Of a stretch of 64,000 nucleotides of DNA, positions 56,540 to 64,000 are shown piece after piece. This DNA comes from a virus: IMG/VR virus record IMGVR_UViG_3300044733_004754. The stretch is one strand, 5' to 3'. Each line of letters starts with the position of its first letter. Position 1 is the stretch's first letter. The notes under the pieces are model-generated. The model was given only the letters and a program-made list of their open reading frames with translations. It made no database searches and was not told where the DNA came from. The position numbers were made by a program, and so were the translations under genes.

Positions 56540-58077
56540 TGGCTGTTGATTTTTTAATACTAGCTGCCGACTCCTCGATGGGTGGGGATTACCACGCTTC
56601 TTATAAAAAAGTTAAAGAAGACGTGAGAGCTATCAATGCTCATTTGTACGAACTTCACATCCACTTGGGAATGCGTGTCCTGGGCCCTTCAAAGATTGCG
56701 TGGATAGCACGCAAACATGGGTACACATCACAAGTGCTGTCAAAGCTCCAAATGCTCACCGCTCAGGAAATTTTGTCTCTCTGTGAAGGGTTCGTTAATG
56801 AGAAAACAATCATTGGTATCTCAACTAGCTTACTGGGGTATCCACATGGTGACTTCTCGACGCAATCATTTCACGACAGTAATTTACAGGATGAGAGTGC
56901 AATACATAAACTTATTCATACCATTGATCACTTTAGAGAAAAGTACAAAACAAAGATTATAGTTGGTGGATCACAAGCTGTTGCATTCCAAGATATTTTT
57001 GAAGCTGATTATATGCTTCAGGGCGAAGCGGAGAATACGTTACCACAGTTGCTTGATAAGATAAAAAGAAGTGGTATCCAAAAACAACCATACGACTGGC
57101 AGATAACAACTTGTGATTTTAAATGGCACGACACTGATTGTATTGTTCCTAGAGAGCCAGTTCCATTAGAGACCTCAAGAGGATGCATCTTCAGATGTCG
57201 GTTCTGTCAATTTGCAAACATTGGTAAGAAGATAGGTACATTCGAACGACCTCTTGAAAATATTAAAGAAGAGATATGTAATAATTATGAAAAGTATCAA
57301 ACTACCCACTACTGGTTAGCTGACGATACTTTTAATGATAATGACGAACGCGTTAATCAATTTTGCGAGATGTTAGAGTCACTTCCCTTCAGAATTAATC
57401 TGATGGGTTACATTCGTCTTGATCTTGCTCATAGGTATCAAAAAACCACACAACGTCTTCTGAATGCTGGACTTGTTGGGTGCTCATTTGGAATCGAATC
57501 CTTTCACCCCCAAGCAGCTAATGCTGTTGGTAAAGCGTTTAGTGCAAAGTATGCCAAGGAATTTCTCGATCACTTCTACTTTGATATGGCCAAAGAGAAC
57601 GTGATGATTAATTGTTGCAACATTATTGGGTTACCTGGTGAAGGGATTAAAGACCTAGAAAAAACGTTAGATTGGTATTCAAAACGAAGACATATACACA
57701 TGAATTGGTCTGCTTTAACTCTATATGACCCCACTCGTTCAAAAAAAGAACAAGAGAAGAGTATTTTTGAGAAAGAGGCATCTAAGTATGGATATGTGTT
57801 TTTTGAAGACAAGCCGATAAACTATTGGGAAAGCCCAACAATGAATTGGGATATGGCTGTGACTATACGTAATCGTATAACTCGTAAAATGAAAAATCAC
57901 AATATTGAAGCCGGTGAGCCTTGGCTAAACATGCATTATTTGAGTATACTAGGCATTACGCCGAAAGAAGCAAGAGCCAGATATCAGAACTGGGAGAAAT
58001 TGTATTTGCAAGAGACAAGAAAGATCATTGACCATAACAGTCAATACTTTAACTTTATTAAATGGAAGTACACATGA
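56539..58077 (+). CDS. Second radical SAM protein with B12-binding-like N domain (tandem paralog)
   Basis: LGPSKIA, IGISTS, SRGCIFRCRFC, DDTFND, FGIES, IIGLPGE. Confidence 0.85.
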   Translation: MAVDFLILAADSSMGGDYHASYKKVKEDVRAINAHLYELHIHLGMRVLGPSKIAWIARKHGYTSQVLSKLQMLTAQEILSLCEGFVNEKTIIGISTSLLGYPHGDFSTQSFHDSNLQDESAIHKLIHTIDHFREKYKTKIIVGGSQAVAFQDIFEADYMLQGEAENTLPQLLDKIKRSGIQKQPYDWQITTCDFKWHDTDCIVPREPVPLETSRGCIFRCRFCQFANIGKKIGTFERPLENIKEEICNNYEKYQTTHYWLADDTFNDNDERVNQFCEMLESLPFRINLMGYIRLDLAHRYQKTTQRLLNAGLVGCSFGIESFHPQAANAVGKAFSAKYAKEFLDHFYFDMAKENVMINCCNIIGLPGEGIKDLEKTLDWYSKRRHIHMNWSALTLYDPTRSKKEQEKSIFEKEASKYGYVFFEDKPINYWESPTMNWDMAVTIRNRITRKMKNHNIEAGEPWLNMHYLSILGITPKEARARYQNWEKLYLQETRKIIDHNSQYFNFIKWKYT

Positions 58078-58262
58078 AAGCATTGAAGAAACAACAGATC
58101 AAAGAAAACATTACTCTTCAGAATCGATTTAATAATGAACTCATTACTGGTGATGTTCTTTCAGAGGATGAAATTGAAGGTAAGAAGTTCTTCGTTGTAA
58201 GGACAGGACAACCTTCACGGGTTCTTAAACTTGCTAAGGATGCATATACCTTAAAAAAATAA
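58074..58262 (+). CDS. Hypothetical protein
   Basis: 62-aa coupled ORF. Confidence 0.55.
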   Translation: MKALKKQQIKENITLQNRFNNELITGDVLSEDEIEGKKFFVVRTGQPSRVLKLAKDAYTLKK

Positions 58263-58275
58263 TTTTGTTGGTATG

Positions 58276-58304
58276 TTGACTTTTGTTTTTTTATTCTTTA
58301 ATAT
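58276..58304 (+). promoter_or_regulatory. Sigma70-like early promoter
   Basis: TTGACT-N17-TAATAT. Confidence 0.55.
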
Positions 58305-58351
58305 GTCGTGGCTTGCTTAACAAGCGTTTCTTAACCAAAGGAGAACTTTAT

Positions 58352-58609
58352 ATGATGACTCAAAAGCAAAAACTTCGTCGTGCTTTTAACAATGGTGCTG
58401 TTTTGACCACGAAGCAAATTCGTAACCTTTATCGTATTGCTTCCCCTACGAAAGTTATTAGCCAACTTCGCCTTGAAGATGGTTTTCCTGTGCATTCTGT
58501 TCAAACGGTTACCAGCCGTGGTGAAACGGTAGTTAAGTACCGTACTGGCCGTCCTGGTCCTCGTGTTGTTGCAGCAGGTTATCGCGCTATTAGTTTGGGC
58601 CTTGCCTAA
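58352..58609 (+). CDS. Basic winged-HTH-like protein
   Basis: AAGGAG RBS; LTTKQIRNLYRIASPTKVISQLR HTH-like segment. Confidence 0.6.
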   Translation: MMTQKQKLRRAFNNGAVLTTKQIRNLYRIASPTKVISQLRLEDGFPVHSVQTVTSRGETVVKYRTGRPGPRVVAAGYRAISLGLA

Positions 58610-58629
58610 ATGTTAGTTTAGTGTAAACT

Positions 58630-58652
58630 AAGGGCCTTAGGGCCCTTTTTTT
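58630..58652 (+). terminator. Rho-independent terminator
   Basis: AAGGGCC-TTAG-GGCCCTT followed by T-run. Confidence 0.85.
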
Positions 58653-58666
58653 GTTTGGAGATTATT

Positions 58667-58990
58667 ATGACCGAAATCAAACCTGAAATGATCAACGAAA
58701 ATTACTACACTCTCTCTGGTGAGAAAGAACGTCGTAGGTTCCGTGAGTGGCTAACTGGGATGATGAAAGTACAGCCTATATACGTTACGTTCATTAAGAG
58801 CGATGGGTCGAAACGTGAGATGCGTTGTAGTCTTCGAGAAGAAGATCTTGTTGTTTATGAGAAGAAAACAGATCTTGTTAAAGAAAAGAACGATGACGTT
58901 TGCGCTGTGTGGGATCTAGATAAATCAGCGTGGCGCTCGTTTCGTTATGATTCAATTAAGCAAATTCGTGTTGAAGTGGGTGATGAATGA
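58667..58990 (+). CDS. WYL_2/SH3-like (DUF2693-like) protein
   Basis: VTFIKSDGSKREMRCSL...VWDLDKSAWRSFR. Confidence 0.75.
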   Translation: MTEIKPEMINENYYTLSGEKERRRFREWLTGMMKVQPIYVTFIKSDGSKREMRCSLREEDLVVYEKKTDLVKEKNDDVCAVWDLDKSAWRSFRYDSIKQIRVEVGDE

Positions 58991-59451
58991 CAAATGTTTA
59001 CAATCGTAAGGTAGGGTTCACATGCTCTACATTTGACCTACTACATGCTGGTCATATTCTTATGCTTGAAGAAGCAAAGAGCGTCTGCGAGTACCTTATT
59101 TGCGGACTACAAATTGATCCAAGCATTGATAGAACAGAGAAGAACAAACCTGTTCAAACAATTGTTGAACGATATGTTCAGCTCAAAGCTGTTAAGTATG
59201 TTGACGAGATTATTGTTTATGAAACAGAACAAGATCTCGTTGACCTTATTCAAATGCTTCCTATTGATATACGAATCCTTGGTGAAGAATATATCGATAA
59301 AAACTTTACTGGCCGTGATTATTGTATTGAACGAGGTATTGAATTCTACTTCAATAAACGGACTCATCGATTTAGTAGTTCAGGACTACGTAAACGCGTA
59401 ACAGAAGCCAATGTAGCCAAGCAATCTGAAGACAACTATCGCAACGTTTAA
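58987..59451 (+). CDS. Glycerol-3-phosphate cytidylyltransferase-like (TagD-like)
   Basis: TFDLLHAGH, KPVQ..ER, YVDE, FSSSGLR. Confidence 0.88.
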   Translation: MTNVYNRKVGFTCSTFDLLHAGHILMLEEAKSVCEYLICGLQIDPSIDRTEKNKPVQTIVERYVQLKAVKYVDEIIVYETEQDLVDLIQMLPIDIRILGEEYIDKNFTGRDYCIERGIEFYFNKRTHRFSSSGLRKRVTEANVAKQSEDNYRNV

Positions 59452-59453
59452 TT

Positions 59454-60407
59454 ATGAATACAGTAGCTGTAACCGGATCCCATGGCTTTATTGGATCCAT
59501 TCTTCGTAAAATGCTAACAGAGCAAGGACTTGAGGTCCTTGCCTGTGATATCAACCTCGATCATTCGTTATGGACAAAGTACGCAAAATCGGTGTACCAC
59601 GGTTCATTTGATGATGATGCATATGTTGATCAGATCGTAAGATCAAACGTGTCTACAATCCTCCACCTAGCAGCAACAAGTACTGTTGGCCCGGACGCTG
59701 AAGATCCAATGACATACTATTGGAACAATACTGCTCGGACCATCAATTTCCTCAAAAAGCTGATTGATCGTAAATGGAAAGGACACATTATCTTTGCTAG
59801 TACAGCAGCTGTTTATAGACTCAATGGTTTCTTAGAACCTAAGAAAGAAACATACTTTGCTGATCCGGCAAGTAATTATGGTAGGAGCAAACTACAATGC
59901 GAGAGAATGCTTGATTACTGTTCTCTCTACGGCATAAATGTTACATCATTTCGTTTCTTTAATGTTGCGGGAGCGTACGATGAGTTTGGCGAAGAACATC
60001 AAGACACCCACCTTATTTCACGGATATGTGTTTCTGCGATTAATAATAGTCCCGTTACTGTTTATGGTGATGACTATCCCACTCCTGATGGTACTTGCAT
60101 TAGGGACTATGTTCATGTATTGGACATCTGTCGTGCGCAATGCTTTGCCGCTCAGAACAAAATCTATGGCACATACAACCTTGGATCAAAGCAAGGAACG
60201 TCCGTTTTTGAAATGATTGATATGTTCAATAAACAGACAGGGTGTAGTGTTACATACGAAACGGGTCAACGACGACCTGGTGATGTTCCATATCTGGTGG
60301 CAGAGCCAACCAAGTTTACACTGCATGGATTCACGTATAAGTATAACATAGAAGACATTATTAGTTCGTCATGGAAGCATTTTAAAAGGATACATTATGG
60401 GATTTGA
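59454..60407 (+). CDS. galE: UDP-glucose 4-epimerase-like
   Basis: TGSHGFIG, HLAA, STAAVY, YGRSK, RFFNVAG, DGTCIRDYVHV, RRPGD. Confidence 0.88.
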   Translation: MNTVAVTGSHGFIGSILRKMLTEQGLEVLACDINLDHSLWTKYAKSVYHGSFDDDAYVDQIVRSNVSTILHLAATSTVGPDAEDPMTYYWNNTARTINFLKKLIDRKWKGHIIFASTAAVYRLNGFLEPKKETYFADPASNYGRSKLQCERMLDYCSLYGINVTSFRFFNVAGAYDEFGEEHQDTHLISRICVSAINNSPVTVYGDDYPTPDGTCIRDYVHVLDICRAQCFAAQNKIYGTYNLGSKQGTSVFEMIDMFNKQTGCSVTYETGQRRPGDVPYLVAEPTKFTLHGFTYKYNIEDIISSSWKHFKRIHYGI

Positions 60408-61392
60408 TGTTAATGAAGTTTCAAAGAACTCTAAAGGTGGAACAGAGCTAATGAGGGTTGGACTTGAGAGCCGTCTTGATCCTGCTCTTGTTGAAGACTT
60501 TCAAATTATACCTTCTCGAGTGAGAGAGCTAGACGAATCAAAGATTCGTGTCTTATGGCTCCATGATTTGCCCGGTGACCCTGAATGTGATCATCTTAAG
60601 AATGGTGGACATGATAAGTTCCATCAACTTGTATGTGTATCTAACTGGCAAATGCAGCAGTTTTCAGCTTACTATAGAATCCCTTTTAGTAAGTTCCTTG
60701 TCATTGAAAACGCTATTGAACCTATTGCAGAAAGCGAGATCGTTAAACCAACAGACAAGTTTAAAATCATTTACCACACCACACCTCATCGTGGTCTAGA
60801 ACTACTTGTTCCAGTGTTTACCAAGCTAGCTGAGAAGTATGACTTCATTGAGCTTGATGTGTATTCCAGCTTCAAGATCTATGGTTGGGAACAACGTGAT
60901 ACACAATACGAACAACTGTTCGAAGTTTGTCGTAATCATAATCAGATCAATTACCATGGTACGGTCTCAAATGATGAGGTCCGTAAGGCTGTTGCACAGG
61001 CTCATGTGTTTGCATACCCTTCTATTTGGGCTGAGACATCTTGTTTGAGTCTGATGGAAGCTATGAGTGCTAAATGTATCTGCTTGCATCCCAACTACGC
61101 AGCTCTGTTTGAGACTGCAGGTGGAACAACAATGATGTACCAGTGGCATGAGGATGCAAACGCACACGCTCAAATCCTCTACACACACCTTGAAAATATT
61201 ATTGAGAATCGTAATGATCCTACAATAACAAACGTTACCGGAATACAGAGCAGTTATGCTAATCTACGTTACTCGTGGCCGCGGATCGTTTCCATGTGGA
61301 CCGATCTGCTTAACAGTCTCAAGAGAGCTTTCCCCGATGTAGAAAGCAGAAAGCTGTCGAGCGGCGAAGTATTTCACTATAGAGTAGGTTGA
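60397..61392 (+). CDS. GT4-like glycosyltransferase
   Basis: GGTE, WLHD, PHRGL, YPSIWAETSCLSLMEA. Confidence 0.85.
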   Translation: MGFDVNEVSKNSKGGTELMRVGLESRLDPALVEDFQIIPSRVRELDESKIRVLWLHDLPGDPECDHLKNGGHDKFHQLVCVSNWQMQQFSAYYRIPFSKFLVIENAIEPIAESEIVKPTDKFKIIYHTTPHRGLELLVPVFTKLAEKYDFIELDVYSSFKIYGWEQRDTQYEQLFEVCRNHNQINYHGTVSNDEVRKAVAQAHVFAYPSIWAETSCLSLMEAMSAKCICLHPNYAALFETAGGTTMMYQWHEDANAHAQILYTHLENIIENRNDPTITNVTGIQSSYANLRYSWPRIVSMWTDLLNSLKRAFPDVESRKLSSGEVFHYRVG

Positions 61393-61417
61393 CATTAGAA
61401 CGCGTATAGGTTAACAT
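61389..61417 (+). promoter_or_regulatory. Sigma70-like promoter for rnh
   Basis: TTGACA-N17-TAACAT. Confidence 0.65.
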
Positions 61418-61447
61418 AACATATCATTAACTCTTTAACCTACAATT

Positions 61448-62299
61448 ATGATTCTCCTTGACTTATCACAAGTAATGATTTCGAACATTATGATGCAGGT
61501 TGGACAGCACACTGATGCTATTCAACCTGATCTTGTTCGACATATGGTAATCAATACCATTCGTTCTCTTAAAGTAAAGTTTTCAGACTATAGTGAGCTT
61601 GTTATTGCTTGCGATGATAAGAAGTACTGGCGTCGTGATTACTTTGCTCCATATAAAGGCAATCGAAAAGCTGATCGAGAGAAGTCTAACATTGACTGGG
61701 CAGTACTATTTGACACTCTCAATCAAGTTAAAAACGAGCTGAAAGACAATTTCCCATACAGAGTTATACAAGTCGAGGGTGCCGAGGCAGATGATGTCAT
61801 TGGTACTTTGGTGATGAAATTCGGTTCAGAACTAAATAATGAGGATAAGATCCTTATCTTGAGTGGTGATAAGGATTTTGTACAGCTGCAGCAGTGGGGT
61901 AATGTTACACAGTACGATCCTATTCGTAAGAAAGATATCACTTCTAACAATCCGGAAAAGTTTATTCATCATTTGATTCTTTCGGGTGACAGAGGGGATG
62001 GGATTCCGAATGTACTATCGCCTGACAACTGCATTATAGAAGGAATGCGACAGAAGCCTCTTCGCGAGACGAAGATTGAAGAGTTGTTGAATACTGAATG
62101 GGAAGATCTACCTAATGAAATTAGACGTAATTGGGACCGTAATCGAATGTTGATTGATCTTACTTTTATTCCAGAACGGATAAAAGACTCTATCCTTGCA
62201 GAGTATGAAGCGCAAGCCAACAAACCTCGTGATAAGATGTTTAACTATTTTATCCAGCATAAAATGAAACTCCTAATGGAGTCAATTGGTGATTTTTAA
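61448..62299 (+). CDS. rnh: T4-type RNase H / 5'-3' exonuclease
   Basis: WRRDYFAPYKGNR, EADD, SGDKDFVQL, GDRGDGIPN. Confidence 0.95.
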   Translation: MILLDLSQVMISNIMMQVGQHTDAIQPDLVRHMVINTIRSLKVKFSDYSELVIACDDKKYWRRDYFAPYKGNRKADREKSNIDWAVLFDTLNQVKNELKDNFPYRVIQVEGAEADDVIGTLVMKFGSELNNEDKILILSGDKDFVQLQQWGNVTQYDPIRKKDITSNNPEKFIHHLILSGDRGDGIPNVLSPDNCIIEGMRQKPLRETKIEELLNTEWEDLPNEIRRNWDRNRMLIDLTFIPERIKDSILAEYEAQANKPRDKMFNYFIQHKMKLLMESIGDF

Positions 62300-62721
62300 T
62301 GCGACTAGCTATATCACAAATTCTTAAAGCCTGTTCCGAATATCCAGTCAATCAGAGAGCACAATACCTTGCTCAGCACGACACATTAGCGCTTCGTGTT
62401 GTGCTACAGTATGCTCTTGATCCACGTGTAAAGTTTATTCTTCCACACGGTGTGCCACCCTTTAAACCAACAGAGCATCTTGATCAAGAAGGTAATCTTT
62501 ATAGAGACTTTCGTAAGTTAAGTAATTTCATTGAGGGTGGTGGGTATCCTGACATGCATCACATCAAACGCGAGACGTTGTTCATTCAATTCCTTGAAGG
62601 ACTGTTTCCCGAAGATGCAAAACTGATTTGTAGTGTCAAAGACAAAAAGCTCCCATACAAAGGGATCACAGTTAAGATTGTTAATCAAGCCTTTCCAGGA
62701 CTAATCAAAGAAAAGGAGTAA
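62299..62721 (+). CDS. Conserved T4-like hypothetical protein
   Basis: LPHGVPPFK, KRETLFIQFLEGL, KDKKLPYKGIT. Confidence 0.75.
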   Translation: MRLAISQILKACSEYPVNQRAQYLAQHDTLALRVVLQYALDPRVKFILPHGVPPFKPTEHLDQEGNLYRDFRKLSNFIEGGGYPDMHHIKRETLFIQFLEGLFPEDAKLICSVKDKKLPYKGITVKIVNQAFPGLIKEKE

Positions 62722-62729
62722 GAGTAAAA

Positions 62730-62900
62730 GTGTCCAAAAAGCAAAAGAAACCTGGTCCTTCGTTGTATGAAGGTGAAGAGAACACTCGACATCAGTTCAG
62801 AGTCAAAAAGAAGATACAAAATCAAAAGATGTTAAAGAATTTGGATAGAGCTCTTAGAGCTAAAGATTATAATAAATTAGCAACCATTGACGACTTTTAA
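62730..62900 (+). CDS. Small basic hypothetical protein (56 aa, GTG start, absent from ORF track)
   Basis: Open frame MSKKQKKPG...LATIDDF fills the gap between genes. Confidence 0.5.
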   Translation: MSKKQKKPGPSLYEGEENTRHQFRVKKKIQNQKMLKNLDRALRAKDYNKLATIDDF

Positions 62901-62909
62901 GGAGCAATC

Positions 62910-63308
62910 ATGTTTAGTTTTTTAAAGAATCTTTTTAAACCAAAAGATACAGACAAACCTCATCCACTTGATGGTCCTGTACGCGCAGCAAACGAGAAAG
63001 CTGCTTTACCGAAGCCAGTTGAAGTACAGTTACCTGCTGAAAATACAATCACGGTTACTGAGCCTGCAAAAGCAACTGTAACCGTGAGTATTCCTGAAGC
63101 TAAAGTAGAAGCTGTTGCACCTCAACCAGCACCTCTTAAGCCAGCAGAGAAGTGGCCATTTCCAACGAGCGCCCCCGTTGAACCACCAGCCGTTCCTGTT
63201 GTTGAGTTCAAAGAAAAGAAACCTCGTAAGCCTCGTGCACCCAAGCAGTTGCATCCTATTCAGCAGGAAGCATCGAGAACTGTTATTCGTAAATCAAAAA
63301 AGAAGTAA
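62910..63308 (+). CDS. Pro/Ala/Lys-rich hypothetical protein
   Basis: AAGGAG RBS; amphipathic MFSFLKNLF start. Confidence 0.65.
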   Translation: MFSFLKNLFKPKDTDKPHPLDGPVRAANEKAALPKPVEVQLPAENTITVTEPAKATVTVSIPEAKVEAVAPQPAPLKPAEKWPFPTSAPVEPPAVPVVEFKEKKPRKPRAPKQLHPIQQEASRTVIRKSKKK

Positions 63309-63547
63309 TGCCAACATATACTTTTTTCAACGAAAAGACCAACGAAACGTTTGATAAGTTTATGTCAATCTCTGCAAAGGAGCAATTCCTTGCAGAGAAT
63401 GTCGATATCAAGCAGGTCATCCAAGCTCCCTCATTAAACTACTCTGGTACTACGAGTAAACCGGATGCAGGGTTCCGTGATGTATTAAAAGAGATAAGGA
63501 GTAAGCACGATCAGCGCATTACGCGCAGTACTATAAACACGTTCTGA
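63308..63547 (+). CDS. FmdB-like small protein
   Basis: MPTYTF...GFRDVLKEI pattern typical upstream of phage phoH. Confidence 0.6.
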   Translation: MPTYTFFNEKTNETFDKFMSISAKEQFLAENVDIKQVIQAPSLNYSGTTSKPDAGFRDVLKEIRSKHDQRITRSTINTF

Positions 63548-63562
63548 CAAGGAGAATTACAA

Positions 63563-64000
63563 TTGAACGTTAAACTTGCATATGCCAACGATAGTCAGTT
63601 CGTTCCTCATAAAAAGGAACGTAAGAGAAGAATCCCACAGACAAAAGATATGTTATCAATAAAACACATTGAACCAATGACGTGGGCACAGACAGATATG
63701 ATGGAGGCTTATGCAAGGGGCGCTAATGTAGTAGCAACAGGTTCAGCAGGGACAGGTAAAAGCTATATTGCGTCTTATCTTGCATTGAACAGTCTTCTGC
63801 AGCGGCAAGTATGTAAGATTGTTGTTGTACGTAGTGCTGTACCGACGAGAGATATGGGACATCTGCCTGGATCTCTACAAGAGAAGTCTGAAATATACAC
63901 TATTCCATATAAACAGATATTCAATGATCTTTGTGAGAATGGTACAGCATGGGACATTCTTGTTAAAAAGAATATGGTTGAGTTTATTACAACGTCATAT
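63563..64000 (+). CDS. phoH: PhoH-like ATPase (5' part, truncated by window edge)
   Basis: AAGGAG RBS, TTG start; GSAGTGKS, RSAVPTRDMGHLPGSLQEK. Confidence 0.9.
   Translation, partial: MNVKLAYANDSQFVPHKKERKRRIPQTKDMLSIKHIEPMTWAQTDMMEAYARGANVVATGSAGTGKSYIASYLALNSLLQRQVCKIVVVRSAVPTRDMGHLPGSLQEKSEIYTIPYKQIFNDLCENGTAWDILVKKNMVEFITTSY

Noticed and set aside
1-64000. tRNA genes, CRISPR arrays, integrase or transposase
   Set aside because: No cloverleaf or regular repeat-spacer pattern seen in the few intergenic gaps and no recombinase ORF; by-eye scan only
1-64000. Stop-codon reassignment
   Set aside because: Core genes are full length in the standard code, and TAA, TGA and TAG all serve as stops

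Overview
This is a 64 kb gene-dense segment of a large T4-like myophage genome. The host is probably an aquatic Gram-negative bacterium; PstS and a DUF3563-like ORF hint at Betaproteobacteria. It carries the T4 replication/recombination core (uvsY, uvsW, gp55, gp47/46, gp45/44/62, regA, gp43, uvsX, gp41, gp61, rnh) and nucleotide metabolism genes (dNMP kinase, dUTPase/dCTP deaminase, dCMP deaminase, thyX, nrdAB). It also has a lysis cassette (spanins, GH19 endolysin, holin candidates), late head-internal proteins, several glycosylation genes, and host-derived genes (hsp20, dps, pstS, phoH). The standout is a 7-deazaguanine DNA-modification operon (queE, queD, folE, DpdL-like, DpdA-like transglycosylase, no queC in the operon). 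It is interleaved with a compact APS-kinase/ATP-sulfurylase-like fusion, a sulfotransferase-like gene, an oxygenase-like gene, a GIY-YIG-like gene and a methyltransferase. Other oddities are a peptide deformylase with its catalytic motifs destroyed, a Pol-beta nucleotidyltransferase with a T4-type capsid-targeting sequence, and an inverted late operon of five envelope proteins with Cys-rich repeats. There is also a gene insertion flanked by a duplicated endolysin 3' end and a structured, possibly pseudoknotted leader before hsp20. All calls come from motif recognition by eye; no database searches were run.
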